Assembly (NCBI GenBank): GCA_951406725.2
Contig: OX597818.1
Coordinates: 120,094,001-120,158,000 of the forward strand
Reading direction: 5' to 3'
From: Octopus vulgaris
Lineage: Eukaryota
Length of the DNA stretch: 64,000 bases
In this document: positions 13,812 through 28,405 of the stretch, in pieces
Layout: every line of letters starts with the position of its first letter
Position numbering within the stretch: the stretch's first letter is position 1
Notes under the pieces: generated by a model
What the model saw: only the letters and a program-made list of their open reading frames with translations
Told to the model about the DNA's origin: nothing
Databases searched by the model: none
Position numbers and translations under genes: made by a program

Positions 13812-14469
13812 ATTGAAATCATGACATGGTTCTTCTGAGCACAATCTAGATCAAATAGCATCATAATGTGCACTTATCTTTCTATTGTATTTCACAAACA
13901 CTCTTCCCTGAAAAACTCTCTCTTTCAATAATCAATCACAAACAAACACACACACAAAAAAAAAAAGGAAAAGAAACAAGAAGAAAGAGACTCATTAAGT
14001 GTGATAAAAGGAAGAACTTGAATGGCATTGAGGAGAAGAATGAAGCTCAAATGAATAGAGAAGGAGAGAGAAATTTCAGATTAAGTCCCTCGATCAATGA
14101 AAGACATTACAAGCATGGCCATGATAAACAAAGACCTTCCAATTAGAGATAGAGAGGAACCTATTGACTAACAATAAAGAAATAAAGAATAAATGGTCGT
14201 TGCACTTTAACAAAATACTGAATGGCCCAATTCTGCAAAATGAAGAAAATAATAATAGATTTGGACCCTGAAGCAAGGATAAAATCGGTTGAGGTTATAA
14301 AAGCTGGCTATAAGCACAGAGGTGGTTGTGTAGTGGAGATGTTCAGTTTACAATTTAATGGGTTTTAGGGACACTCCCCTGGGTGACACTTTAAGCGAGT
14401 GTCTTTTGCTTATAGCTTGTGGGCAGGTTAAAGCCTTGTGAGTGGAAATGGAAGACAAACTGAAAAAGT

Positions 14470-14490
14470 CCCTTTGTGTGTGTGTGTGTG

Positions 14491-14528
<38 letters not shown>

Positions 14529-14536
14529 ACATAGAC

Positions 14537-14583
<47 letters not shown>

Positions 14584-15690
14584 TAGATAATTAGATAGAT
14601 AGATAGATAGACAGGGGGATAGATGGATAGATAGACAGATAGATAAATACGAGAGAGAGAGTGACAGAGAGAGAGAGACGGACAGACAGATAGATAGAGG
14701 GATAAGATGGATAGATAAATAAATTGGGAGAGAGAGAGAGAGAGGGAGAGAGAGAGAGAGAGAAGGAGGGAGGGAGGGAGGGAGAGAGAAATAGAGAGAT
14801 ACACAAGCATAGAAATGCAGGCATTAAAAGAATGCGACCATGCTGGGGCACCGCCTTTAGTCGAGCAAATTGATGATAGTAATGATGATGATAGTAATGA
14901 CAACGATCATGATGATGATGATGATGATGATGACGATGTTGATGATGATGTTGATGATGATAATTTGGGTGAAGGCAGACTTGCGCCTGAAGTGGTCAAT
15001 GCTCGCAGGATCGGAACATAATTGTGCTCACGAGATTGTTCAGTTGCTGCTGCTGACACCGCCAACACTACCACCACCACCACTGCTGCCAACACCATCT
15101 CCACCGCCACCACCACTACCACTCATCATTATCACTGCAGCCATACTCAACATCATCACCAGAATTCACAGCACACCCAAAACCGGTACTACATCCATCA
15201 TCATCATCATCACAACCATAACCCATCCCAAACCGGACTTATGTTCATCAGCATCATCATCATTACCGTCATCTTCATCATCATCACTACTATAGACACA
15301 CCCAAAAGCAGCACTAGGAGCACCACCACCACCATCACCGCCACCACCACTGCCACCATTACCATCACCATCATCACCACTACCACCACTACCACCATTG
15401 CCACCACCATCATCATCAAACTGCCATTACCATCACCACCATCACCACCATCACCACAGCCATTACCACCACCACCACCACTGTCACCGTTACCATCACC
15501 ATCATCACCACTCCCTTTACCACTACCACCACCACCACCACTGCCACCACTAACACCACCACCATCATCACCACAGCCATTACCACCACCACCACCACCA
15601 TCAACACTGCCATTACCATCACCACCACCATCACTACCATCACCACCACCATCACTGCCATCACTACCATCGTCACCTTCTTGCCATTGA
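14470..15690. repeat. (TG)n, (GATA)n, (GA)n, (GAT)n and (CAC/CAT)n simple repeats
   Basis: Direct inspection. Confidence 0.85.
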
Positions 15691-16399
15691 TACATAAATG
15701 GTCAATTAATATTCTAAGCATGAATCAGCCACCACCATACCAAACGACATCACATTACACCACCACACTACATTCATATTCTGTAATTCAGTTTCCGGTT
15801 ACAAAACATAAAATAAAAATCTCTTTCCTTTTTTTTTTTTTATATTTTATTCATTTTCTTTTCTCGAGTAAAACTAACAACAAATAGAGGAAATAACAAA
15901 TGAAAGGGTCAGCAGAGTTTTAATTGATGATAATGGTCAGCGCCACAGTTATCATCATCATCATCATCATCACCACCACCATCATCATCATCATCACCAT
16001 CATTATTTAACGTCCACTTTTCCCAGCTTGCATGGGTTGGACAGAGTTTATTTGAGGTGGATTTTCTATGGCCAGAGGCCCTTCTTGTCACTGACCCTCA
16101 CATGTTTCTAAGCAACGAAATGTTTCCATATGACGTGGTTTTGCAGAATACTGGAAATGAATGATGTTGCTTGTCCAACAGTGACACTCATTTACAACTA
16201 ACATGTGATATCAAAACAAGGAGATACACACACACACACACACAAACACATATGACAGGCTTCTTTCAGTTTCCATCTACTCACAAGGATTTGATTGGCT
16301 TGTGGCTATAAAAGAAGACACTTGCCCAAGATTCCATGCAGTAGGACTGAACCCATAACTTTTCGGATGGAAAGCAAATTTCTTACCATAGTCTCACAG

Positions 16400-16862
16400 A
16401 GACAATGACAAGCAACTGAGACCATTGAAGATATGCTGTGATCGAGAAAACCCGACAAGTCAAGTGAGATCGTAGCTGTGGCTGACGCCAATGTCGCATA
16501 ACTGGCCTGTTTAAAATTACTCTTTAATCGTCAGGCAATATTCTGTGCATGAGAATACCTGTTAAGTCAAGCGAAATCGTAGTCATGACTGATGCCAGTG
16601 CCACCTGAGTGGCACCTGTGCCGGTGAAACGTATGGGGCACTATTCGAGTATGGTTGATGCCAGTGCCATCTGACTGGCTCCCATACTGGTGGGATGTAA
16701 AAAGCATCCACTTCACACTTGGAGTAGTTGGCGTTAGGAAAGGCATCCAGCTGTAGAAATCTTGCCAGATCAAATTAGAGCCTGATGCAGCCTCCTGGCT
16801 TGCCAGTCCTAAGTCAAACCATCTAACTCATGCCAGCATGGAAAGTAGATGTTAATGATGAT
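16400..16862 (+). mobile_element. RTE LINE 3' end / 3' UTR copy
   Basis: Matches 41060-41620 (..caagtcaagtgagatcgtag..aaaagcatcc..ttggcgttaggaaaggcatccagctgtagaaa..catgccagcatggaaa, (gat)n). Confidence 0.8.
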
Positions 16863-17351
16863 CCAGTATGCAACTGGTACTTAATTTATCGAGAATAAGT
16901 GCTAAGTCTACAAAGAATAAGTCCTGGGATCGATTTGCTCGACTAAAGGTGGTGCTCCAGCATGGCCACAGTCAAATGACTGAAACCAGTAAAAGAGTAA
17001 AAATGTAAATAATGTACATAATTCCTCATCTCTTAAATATAGAACTGCGTGATCCTTTTCTGTTTTGAGTTCATTCCTACAGAATGGCACTTTGAGCCGC
17101 CAGTGTCTTCTGCAAAAGCCTCAGATCAACCAATGTCTTGTGAATGGATCTGATAGACAGAAACTAAAATATCATCCTATAGCTGTGTGTGTGTGTGAGT
17201 GCATGATTGAGAGAGTTTGTATTCCTCTTGCTTTGTAGACTAGGTTGGAATCCTTAATCATAAGTCTGCTCAATCACACACGCACACACACGCGCGCACA
17301 CACACACGGGCGTGCACACACATACAATCACACACACGCACACACACACAT

Positions 17352-17408
<57 letters not shown>

Positions 17409-17513
17409 GCTGGATCTAAACAATAACAACTAGACCAAAGGTTTCACCTTTGCCAAAAGCTTCCAGTAACTAGCTCAATAATATGGTACTACACCATTTT
17501 CAAAAGACATAAC

Positions 17514-17559
<46 letters not shown>

Positions 17560-17879
17560 TACATAAACACATTCTACACAGATGTTCCACAAACTTTGTA
17601 CTTGGCAAAGAGACAAGCTGTGTTTGTACAAGCTACCCACATATACAGAAGAATGAGTCAGAAAACACATGGAGTCTGTGCCAACAGACGTCATCGTCAT
17701 CGTACCACGTGTTCAAAGCTATGCAAAATGGTAATTAGCTCTTTGGGAATCTCTGCCGATGCTTTATGCCAACAGTGTTTCCCAGAGATGTATTAGCCAT
17801 ATCTGAGACATCACTTCTTTGGCGGGGAAAGGAGAAAAAAATTATAACGATATCTATATTTCATTACGATGATCCCCAT

Positions 17880-18115
17880 TGCATCATCATCATCATCATC
17901 ATCATCATGAGCATCAGCGTCATCATCATCATCATCATCATCATCATGAGTATCATCATCATTATCATCGTCATCATCGTCATCATCATCATCATCATCA
18001 TCATCATGAGTATCATCATCATTATCATCGTCATCATCGTCATCATCATCATCACCATCACCATCATCATCATCACCATCATCACCAGCATCATCATCAT
18101 CATCGCCATCGTCAT
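17880..18115. repeat. (CAT)n tract with internal 60-bp duplication
   Basis: Lines starting at 17941 and 18001 are nearly identical. Confidence 0.85.
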
Positions 18116-18177
18116 GGAAACTGGGCATGCATGGTGTATTAGTAGAGCAAATGTTTCTATTTAACTCTCTGCATACA

Positions 18178-18220
<43 letters not shown>

Positions 18221-18914
18221 ATGTGAGGTGTGTGTGTTTGTGTACACATGTGTATGTATGTGCATGTTTTTATGTTTGTACGTATGCATGTACCTGTCTG
18301 TCTATCTATCTATCTAGCTCTGTGTGTGTATGTGTGTGTATACACACACAAACACACACATGTGTGTGTACATTTATACATAAACATATGCATGCATAAA
18401 TGTATAAGCTTATAAATTTGCATACACACACATTCAAACACATTTAACATGAATACCTATCTACACACACACACACACACATATTCAAAGATATGCATCT
18501 ATATTTGGAAATATTCTCTGTGACAAGTGAAACCTCACAAGAAATCGCTTGAATATTACTAAAGACCCTAACAATCCAGCCCCGTACAGAGAAAACTAGA
18601 ACAGAAGATGTATATCAAAACTACTAAAGCTTCAATGGTTGGCTTCTAATGAAGTAAGATCAAGGATAGAACTCACAGACGCTAAGCAGATAAAATGAAA
18701 TCCAAAGTCTTTCTACTGCTATGCACATGAATCTCTTGAAATCATAAATCAGTTAACTTCAATGTCACGGTAGCTCACCACTACATGATACTTCATGGAT
18801 TTGTCATTTGTTCAAAGAGTAATTATGAAAGCGTCTTATTTTGCAACCAGACATATCTTATGAGACAGTAACTTCTCATGGCAACTTGATGCATATAAAC
18901 TTAACAGAACAGGT

Positions 18915-19232
18915 GTGGGAGTGGCTGTGTGGTAAGTAGCTTGCTCACCAGCCACATGGTTCCGGGTTCAGTCCCACTGCGTGGCACCTTGGGCAAGTGT
19001 CTTCTACTATAGCCTCGGGCCAAGCAAAGCTTTGCGAGTGAATTTGGTAGACAGAAACAGAAAGAAGCCCGTTGTATATATACATATATAGATACACACA
19101 CACGCACATATATGTTTGTGTGTCTGTGTTTGTCCCAGCCACCATTGCTTAGCAACCGATGTTGGTCTGTTTATGTCCCCATTACTTAGCAGTTCAGCAA
19201 AAGAGATCGAGGGAATATGTACTAGGTTTACA
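18915..19232 (+). mobile_element. SINE family A
   Basis: Head gagtggctgtgtggtaagtagcttgc and body as at 6135. Confidence 0.85.
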
Positions 19233-19314
19233 AGTATTGTGTTTCTTGAGTAAAACGATTTGCAAGGGCATTATTTATTATCCCGTCATATCGTACTTTG
19301 AACATGCGATGCAA

Positions 19315-19560
19315 CAGCAGACAACGCTAAAGTAACACTAGAGACCAAAGTCAAATGATGGTATCTATGTGTTCCAACAAGATCTAGACACCATACAGAA
19401 ATGGGTACATGACCATCCTATCATTTAATACCATGAAACTCCAGGTCAATCTTCACAGAAAGAAGAACCCCAACATGATATTCTACTTTACGAAATAGGG
19501 AGAAAAAAATTTCAAAACATGACAAGTTCATAACCTGGACAGGGCTATGTACGAAGCTGC
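19315..19560 (+). mobile_element. Decayed CR1/L2-like LINE RT fragment
   Basis: With frameshifts: ADNAKV...DGIYVFQQDLDTIQKWVHD...SFNTMKLQ, resembling ADDxK..LQxDLDxxxxW....FNxxK. Confidence 0.6.
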
Positions 19561-20069
19561 ATGTTTTGCTAAACATATTCACAAACTGTTGATAAGGCTG
19601 AGTACTAATAATACGGAGAATGAAGCACCTGCCTGCGATGCTAACATTTCCGGTTAACAAAATTGTCTGTTATCTCTATATTTTTGAATGCCTTTGGAGT
19701 CATTCTATAAACATTCAGGAAATAAAAATCTCTTATAAACAGGCAAGGGTTCCAAAGAGGAAGTGCACCCAGCTGAAAGCATCCTGCCTCAAAGTTTACT
19801 TCTGGTTAAGCCATATCAGTATGAAAGACACCTTGCAGACTGACTATTGCAGTTTGCAGGGTACTTTTTGCACTGCAAACATGTATTACGTGTATAATAA
19901 ACATGTATTATACATGTAATAATTAAATTATATAATATGTACTTTATTATGTTTTGTTATGATTGTGATCTGCCAGTCCATGAAACAAAAAAGTTGGAAT
20001 CACTGCCATAAGGCATCCTATTTCATGCTCCATCAGTTCTATTACTCCAGCCTCACCGGATATATATAG

Positions 20070-20467
20070 TAGCTGTGTGGTAAGTAGCTTGTTTACTAAC
20101 CATGTGGTTCCGGGTTCAGTCCCACTGTGTGGCACCTCAGGCAAGTGTCTTCTACTATAGCCTCGGGAAGACCAAAGCCTTGTGAGTGGATTTGGTAGAC
20201 GGAAACTGAAAGAAGCCTTTCGTATATATACATATATAGATACACATACACACACACACACATGTTTGTGTGTCTGTGTTTGTCCCCACCACCATCACTT
20301 AGCAACCGATGTTGGTGAGTTTACGTCCCCATTACTTAGCGGTTTGGCAAAAGAGACCAATAGAATATGTACTAGGTTTACAAAAAAGAAGTCCTGGGGT
20401 TAATTTGTTTGACTAAAGGTGGTGCTCCAGCATGGCCACAATCAAATGACTGAAACAAATAAAAGAA
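20070..20467 (+). mobile_element. SINE family A
   Basis: Near full-length match to 6135-6576. Confidence 0.85.
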
Positions 20468-20487
20468 TATATATATGTGTATATCTG

Positions 20488-20810
20488 AAGGCGCGTGGCT
20501 TAGTGGTTAGGGCATTCGGCTCACGATCCTAAACTCATGACTTCAATTCCTGGAGATGTGTTGTGTCCTTGAGCAAGACACTATATTTCACGTTGCTCCA
20601 GTCCACTCAGCTGGCAAAAATGAGTAGTACCTGTATTTCAAAGGGCCAGCCTTGTCATACTCTGTGTCACACTGAATCTCCCTGAGAACTACGTTAAAGG
20701 TACACGTATCTGTGGAGTGCTCAGCCACTTGCACGTTAATTTCACGAACAGGCTGTTCTGTTGATCGTATCGGCTGGGACCCTTGTCATCGTAACTGACC
20801 GAGTGCTCCT
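20488..20810 (+). mobile_element. tRNA-headed SINE family C, full length
   Basis: A-box tggcttagtggtt, B-box-like acttcaattcc; 3' half shared with the 13423 SINE. Confidence 0.85.
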
Positions 20811-20920
20811 CATGTATATATATATAAAATTTCATTTAGTGATACTAATAACCTGGTGTTAGAATTCACTATATACATCCTACAGAACAAAGCATCAGTC
20901 GAGTACAGAACAGTAATGGG

Positions 20921-21203
20921 AAATTAAAATGACAAAGGAATAAGAAATTATGCCATGGACTTCATTAGCTTACAGCTGTTTCTGCTATAAGGTACAATGC
21001 ACCCATAGTTGAAAGCTTTTGTATTACTGTATGGCTTTATCAGAGCTTCAAACATGAAGTGCAATTTTATTTGGGAAAACATGAAACTATATAGGTTGAT
21101 ACACAAGCATTTAACTATGAGTGAATTGCACCCTTTAGCAGAAACAACTGTAAGCTAGTGAAGTGTGTGCCATAATTTCTTATTCCTTTATCATTGTAAT
21201 TTC
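20921..21203. mobile_element. Fold-back element with ~82-bp inverted arms and decayed HHR (20967-21047, minus)
   Basis: Arms 20921-21002 and 21121-21203 are reverse complements; both carry gaaaca(g/a)ctgtaagc; minus-strand core CUGAUAA (G8A). Related copy at 56775-57040. Confidence 0.7.
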
Positions 21204-21205
21204 TT

Positions 21206-21304
<99 letters not shown>

Positions 21305-22139
21305 CAGAGGGATTCATAGATAAATAGAAATATATCTATATCAACATAATATTTATATATCATACATAGATATACACAGACATACATATTGGTGTCTTTA
21401 GCGGTGGATTGGATCATATCCAGGAGATACAAAATATAAACCTACCCAACCTTGCCAATCAGATAATGTCAATTCTTACACATTATTTATTTTAACAGTT
21501 GATTATTATTATTTCTGTAAACAGATCTGTTTTATCTGGAGCACATTACTTTACCTCCCTTCCTACTCTGTTCTCTTTCTGTCACTCTTTGTCTCCCCAT
21601 GAGCAGCACACATATACACACCTATTCCCTAACCCTCTTGCCACCTCTTTCGGCTTATACAAACATACAGATGCTCGCCCTAGATAACAACTATATAGAG
21701 TGCATGCATAAACACACATATGCATGCATATATATACGCATATGGGCTAACATACATGTTCTTAAAATACATGCAGTCAGGCAGTACATACCAATACAAA
21801 GCCATCAACAAACATTTGCACACACACACTCACACATACATACACATTTGTTATTAGTGATGGAAGCAGCATTGGTTCAAATTAGTAATTTGTATATCAT
21901 ACTTAAAGCATATATACTGTTGCAAGTCTTTTAAACTGTGGTACCTGTCTCAAGGATGCATCTCTTAAGGATGTATATGTGAAGGGGAAGAAAGAGAAAA
22001 AGAAGGAAAACTAAGATATTTCAACCATCTCTTAAGATTGGTGGGGACTGATGAATATGTGTGCGTTCGACTAAAGGCGGTGCTCCAGCATGGCCGCAGC
22101 CAAATGACTGAAAGAAATAAAAGAATATATAATATATCA

Positions 22140-22500
22140 ACATCATCGTCATCATCATTATCATATAACATCTGTTGTCCATGCTGGCATGGGTTGGAAG
22201 GTCTGACCAGGGCTGGAAAGCTGCACCAGACTCCAGTCTGATTTGGCATAGTTTTCTATGACTGGATGCCCTTCCTAATGCCAACCACTCTGAGAGTGTA
22301 ATGGGTGCTTTTATGTGCCATCATCACAGGTGCCATTTGCATGACACCAATATCCGCCACAACTACAATTTTGCTCGGCTTGATGGGTCTTCTTCTCAAG
22401 CATGGCATAATGCCAAAGGTCTCAGTTATCGCCTCCGTGATGCCCAAAGCTTGAAAGGGAATCTGCCACTTTGCCTCCATGAGGCCCAACACTCAAAAGG
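22140..22500 (-). mobile_element. RTE LINE 3' end (minus)
   Basis: Reverse complement of RTE C-terminus and tail. Confidence 0.8.
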
Positions 22501-22892
22501 AACCCAGCCATGATCCTACGACCATGAGTCCGCTGCCATAACCAGTGGTCCACTGCACCTCCACACACACACATATTTATATATATTTCTACCACTTCTA
22601 CACAGCACGTTCCTTGGATAATGAAACTGCAACTATAACATCCTACATATATTTTTATTTTTACTTTTAAGTGCTTATTTCCCATTATACTCCTTCTTTC
22701 CATCCTTTTCCAAAATAACTTCTCATATCGAACTCTACTATTTCCCTCTACTTAACCATGATGGTTAAATAGAGGGAAATAGTTTCCCTAATATCTCAGA
22801 AATAGCTGTAAGACTAACTTTCTCTTTATAAATGTCCGGAAAATTCCACACAGCCTTAGTTTTGATGTTTCATTTTATTTAACATACATATA

Positions 22893-22938
<46 letters not shown>

Positions 22939-24189
22939 CAGACGCATACACATACACACACACACGACCTCATTTACACATGCAAATGAACTCACAGTTG
23001 GATAACAACATGACATATCTGTATGGTTCTGTCACCACCACTTCCGCCACTGCTGTCACTACCACCACCATCACCACCATCACCACCACTACCACTAACA
23101 TCGCCACCACAGTATTTCCATATGAAGTATATCATTTTATAAACATTCTGGAATGTTTCGGTTGGTATTTCCAAACATCATTTCAAGTAAGAATTTGAAA
23201 AACAAAGTTTTGTTTTAATAACTGCTGGTAATAAGGAACCCCAACCAAGATCATGGAATTAGAAATGTAACAGGCGAGACATGTTTGAAATGCCAGGCTG
23301 CCAAAATAAACAGACATTGACAAAAATCTGTTTAAATCTTCATACAGGATTGGATCTCAGAGATTTCTAAGATGTTCCATATTCTAACCTTATTCCAGAA
23401 GTTTCTGCTTCCAACAATAAATACAAGACGAGCAGAAAAATATTAATTTTAGATAATGTGTGAATTTGGTATATTTTATATTTCAGAGCATGCCGACCAC
23501 AAGCAAAATGCATAAATAAATATATAAAATAATAATAAAATAATGAAAGAAAACCCCGGTAAAAGCTGTTTTTGTAACCCTATGGGAGGTCTAACTGTAG
23601 AGAAATAAATACTTGAAAGTACTTAAAAGTACTTAAAAGATGTTATTACTGTGATTCTAAATAAACTAAATATGAAGTGTTTAAGGACTTTTGACAATGT
23701 TATAGTGTAGTTTTGGGCAACCTTTTTCAAGAAGCAAGCCACATGAGGCATGGCTCACCAGAAGGTGGGCTGCACTACTGAAAAGAATGTTAATAAATGT
23801 TATTTTCCTTGTGAAATTAGGTGCGCCATTCAGAAAGACGCAAAGGCTGCAGTTTGCCCATGACTGCTACAGAACATCAGAACAGTATAAGGTTGACTCT
23901 ACCAACTGAATCTATGGATTGTTCAAGGACAGCAAAGTTGACCCATACAGGATTTGAACTCGGAACACAGAAAGGTATAATTAAATACTACAAAGTGCTC
24001 CAGGAAACAATACCTTGTCAAAAAGAGTTGGGTTTTTTTTAATACAAATATCATTTTATATTATTTTCTTTTATTTACCATTTCAGCCCATCTTCTAAAC
24101 AATGTCTGTCTGTTCATAAATATGTTTTCCAATTCCCAAACCAAGCAGTTCATCATTTTCTTCAGCTAAGCACTTTGTTTCACATTCTT

Positions 24190-24575
24190 TTCTACTCTAA
24201 GCACAAGACCCAAAATTTTTAGGGAGGGGCCAGTTGATTAGATCAACCCCAGTACTACTTAATTTATTGACCCCGAAAGGATGAAAGGCAAAGTCGACCT
24301 TGGCGGAATTTGAACTCAGAACATAACAGCAGACGAAATACCTATTTCTTTACTACCCACAAGGGGCTAAACACAGAAGGGACAAACAATCCGACAAACG
24401 GATTAAGTCGATTATATCAACCCCAGTGTGTAACTGGTACTTATTTAATCGACCCCAAAAGGATGAAAAGCAAAGTCGAGCTCGGCGGAATTTGAACTCA
24501 GAACATAACAGCAGACGAAATACGGCTACGCATTTCGCCCGGCATGCTAATGTTTCTGCCAGCTCGCCTCCTTAA
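24190..24575 (-). mobile_element. SINE family B, two overlapping units
   Basis: gaccccgaaaggatgaaaggcaaagtcgacc..ggcggaatttgaactcagaac repeated twice. Confidence 0.8.
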
Positions 24576-24734
24576 AACACTTATTTCACATTGTTCCAGT
24601 TCAATGAGCTAAAAGTGAGTACCAGCAACAGCCAGGGGTTAACTCTGCAATTGTCAAGGAATTGAAACCATGACCTTATGATTGCAAACTCAGTGACTTA
24701 ATCACTAGACCACACATCTTCACAGACAAATAAC

Positions 24735-25057
24735 TGGCCCTCTGTTGGTTACAACAACAACTATTCCAACTGACCTGATCAACGAAACACTCTGCTCGCG
24801 AAATTAATTTGCAAGAAGCGGGGCACTCCATAAACATGCATACCCTTAACATAGTTCTAAGGAAAATTCAGCATGACACAGAATGCAACAAGGCTGGCCC
24901 TTTGAAAAACAGGTACAACTCACTTTTGCCAGCTGAGGGGACTGGAGCCACATGAAATAAAGTATCTTGTCAAGGATACAATGCACCACCAGGTATTGAA
25001 CTTGTGACCTTAAGATCATGAGCTGGATACACTAACCACTAAGCCAAGCACCTTCAC
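24735..25057 (-). mobile_element. SINE family C (minus)
   Basis: Reverse complement of 20488-20810. Confidence 0.75.
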
Positions 25058-25199
25058 GGACAAATACTGGAGTCATTATAATATCTTGATTTTAATTTGT
25101 GGTCCTGTCCCTATACGCTAACCCATTTGAAAATCCTGCTGTACCAGAGCGTTGCCTGCCAACATCAATCAATGCAGAAGAGACAAGGAAAATTACTTC

Positions 25200-25455
25200 C
25201 ATGTTCATTGAGAGGTTGAATGCATGCTGTCAACGGGGTCTATGCTGAACACTCGAGATCACCCAAGACAGAATTACAAACTGTGAAGTCTTGAGAAGGA
25301 GATTGTGGCAGAAAGAAAAGTAAGACTTGCAAATCAGGTTTTCCAGCCACCAGAAGGATGAATATTTAAGGCAGCTAAAAAATGAGAATCACGAGAGGGC
25401 CAAAGAGGGAGATGGAGACTCAAGAAGACATGATGCACTTACTTCAAAGATCTGA
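25200..25455 (+). mobile_element. Decayed RTE (BovB-like) LINE C-terminal fragment
   Basis: ERLNACCQRGLC*TLEITQDRITNCEVLRR...IVAERKVRLA...GQRGRWRLKKT*CTYFKDL resembles RLNAF.QRCLR.IL.I...DRITNEEVL..R...GKRGRGRPKKTW. Confidence 0.65.
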
Positions 25456-26354
25456 AGCTGTGGTTCCCAACCAGGGTCCATTTAAGTTTTTGGGGGTCCA
25501 CGCAACAAAATAACACATGCCAGCTAAGCTGCAGTAATTTTTGTCTGGTTCCCAAAGCATCAAGTGCCAAAAATGGACTTTCTTATCCTCTATTTTAAAG
25601 GGTTATAAAATTAACACAGGTTATAGGAACATAAACCTTCTTCCATGAAAAGATAGTTTAAACTGTGCTCTAAATGGAGGTGTGGTCAAATCCTACTTAA
25701 TGGACTCAACCATGTTCTAAAATAAGTCGAAAGGTAAGCTACTACAAATCGGCACAAACTTTCCGGACAACCCAATATTTTGGCTGGCATCATACAAGTT
25801 CACCCATTCATACGCTTGATGAAATAGAATTCCGTAACCAGAAATAAAGAATTAGTCATTTTCAGAAATACTAATGATAACTGAGAAGATGTTACCTGAT
25901 TAAAGGATTGAAATGTTTGCACCTGGAATTACTGGCTGGCGCCTCAAGCTTTATTATTTAATTACCGATATTCATTATTTAATCATTGCATGTTCTTCCT
26001 CAAACCTAAGAGAGGTGTGAGAACTGTAGTAATACTAATTGAAAATTACTGAAACTAAAATCTAATTATCACATGGTTATAACTGTTATTCATTCTAACA
26101 ACTCTGAAAGGATTAAACCAATAAGGGAGTACCTATCTGGTTACTGAACTTGCTAGAAATAACAGCTAATTTCCTTCAAATAAGCACTAGCACATTTAAA
26201 CAAGAAGGGTAAAAACTGGACAAAGTAGCACTTGATATATTGGCACTTAGTTACAGTGACGAGGGTTCCATTTGATTCAATCAACTCATCTATGCTTCCG
26301 CTTCCATAGATGAGGTGATCTAAGGTGAACATTTGCCTAGTCTGGAATTAATCA

Positions 26355-26625
26355 TGCATTGGCCGATGCCTCCTGACTGGCTCCTGTGCCAGTGGCATGT
26401 AAAAAGCACCATTTGAGCGTGGTTGATTCCAGTACCGCCTGACTGGCCTCCATGTAAAATGTACCCACTATACTCTCGGAGTAGTTGGCATTAGGAAGGG
26501 CATCCAGCTGTAGAAACAGTGCCAGATCAGATTGGAGCCTGGTTGCAGCCACTGGCTTTCCAGACATCAGTTAAACCATCCAACCCATGCCAGCATGGAA
26601 AACGGATGTTAAACAATGATGATGA
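26355..26625 (+). mobile_element. RTE LINE 3' UTR copy
   Basis: ~60-bp subrepeat plus conserved tail and (gat)n. Confidence 0.8.
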
Positions 26626-26634
26626 CAAAGATGT

Positions 26635-26930
26635 GAAGATGCATGTCTCAGTGGTTAGAGCATCGAGTTCACAATCATGAGGTAGTGGGTTTGATTCCTG
26701 GACCGGGTTGCGTGCTGTGTTCTTGAGCAAGAAACTCTATTTCACGTTGCTCCAGTTAGCTCATCTTTAGAAATGAGTTGTGGCATCACTGGTGCCAAGT
26801 TGTTTCGGTCTTTCCTTTTCTCTTGGCATGGAGTGGGGGGGGGGGTCTAGTAAGCATGGGCGACTGCCCACACTTGTGCCTCGGATGGGAACTTTCTAGG
26901 TTCAATCCCATGAACATTAATGACCAAGGT
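26635..26930 (+). mobile_element. tRNA-headed SINE family C
   Basis: ctcagtggttagagc...gggtttgattcc...gtgttcttgagcaag; 3' part like 1380-1475. Confidence 0.75.
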
Positions 26931-27723
26931 GGCGGGGTGTCTTTACTTTTACTTTTAATCATGCATTATTTCATAACTTCAATATATCAATGATTCAATG
27001 ATGTGACTGTTTATGTTTAGACTGACATTATAGGATACATGTGAGAAGCCACATGTGGCCAGTCTGAACATATAACAGGAAGAATATCTGGGGGTGGATA
27101 TAGTTGGTTTGAGTACTAAAGGGTTAAGCTATTTTATTGCTCTGATAATTATATAAAATGAGAATCCATATAGACTGTCACTCCTCTTTGGACATCACAG
27201 AAGAAAACTAGTTTTTGCACTGAATAGGAAGACTTAGACTAAATGGAAGTTTTCATTCAAGTTTATTCAAGTTTAAAATTTTCTCTTTCTCTCATTCACA
27301 CCCTCTCTCTCGTAAACACACTCACATATGCACACATACATATGCATGCACACACATACACACACACGCTAAAGGTCTTTCCTTTAGAATGTTTGAAATC
27401 TATAATTAAGAGTTTCAAGTGCTTCTTTCCTTTGACAGAAGCAGATCAAAATACGAGAGGGCGGTGGAAACATTCTTGGAATTGCACAAGAATTTCCTTT
27501 ACATGCTGTTCTTGAGATGATGACGACAATGATGATGACGATGACAGTGATGACGATAATCTACTAATATAATTAGCAATGTGTCTCCATCATTTTATTT
27601 ACTGAATGCCCTTCCTCCTGCAAGGTACTTCCACAATATCTGATCATCTTAGAAATAGTGACACGTTGTTTAGTTTGTTGAATGTCGAGTAGGAATGTAC
27701 ACAAGTTGAACTGTCATTCATAT

Positions 27724-27724
<1 letters not shown>

Positions 27725-27756
<32 letters not shown>

Positions 27757-28405
27757 GTTTAACATCCGCTTTCCATGCTGGCATGGGTTGGACGATTTGA
27801 CTGAGAACTGGTGAACCAGATGGTTGCACCAGGCTCCAATCTGATCTGGCAGAGTTTCTACAGTTGGGATGCACTTCCTAATGCCAACCACTCCGAGAGT
27901 GTGGTGGGTGCTTTTACGTGCCACCAGCATGAGGGCCAGTCAGGCGGTACTGGCAACAGCCATGCTCAAATGGTGTTTTTTACGTACCACCTGCACAGGA
28001 GCCAGTCCAGCAGCACTGGCAACGACCTCACTCGAATGCTTTTTCACGTGCCACCAGCACAAGTGCCAGTAAAGCAACGCTGGTAAGGATCACACTCAAA
28101 TGGTGCTTTTTACATGCCACTGGCACGGAAGCCAGTCAGCTGCTCTGGCAACGATCACACTCGGATGGTGATCTTAGCGCTCCACTAGCATGGATACCAG
28201 TCATCGAATTTGATTTCGATTTCAATTTCACTTGCCTCAACAGGTCTTCACAAGCAGAGTTTAGTGTCCAATGAAGGAAAGGTATGCATAAGTGGGCTGG
28301 TTACACCCTTGGCATAGGCCATGGGTTATGGTCTCACTTGACTTGACGGATCTTCTCAAGCACAGTATATTTCCAAAAGTCTCGGTCACTAGTCATTGCT
28401 TCAGT
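27725..28405 (-). mobile_element. RTE LINE 3' end with ~5 UTR subrepeats (minus)
   Basis: Minus strand encodes TEAMTSDRDFWKYTVLEKIRQVK*, then subrepeats and a (gat)n tail. Confidence 0.85.

Noticed and set aside
15022-15690. 222-aa Thr/His/Pro-rich ORF
   Set aside because: Translation of (CAC/CAT)n microsatellite.
17580-17736. Possible coding exon (cag...gtaatt) in unique sequence
   Set aside because: Weak splice sites and no recognisable protein similarity.
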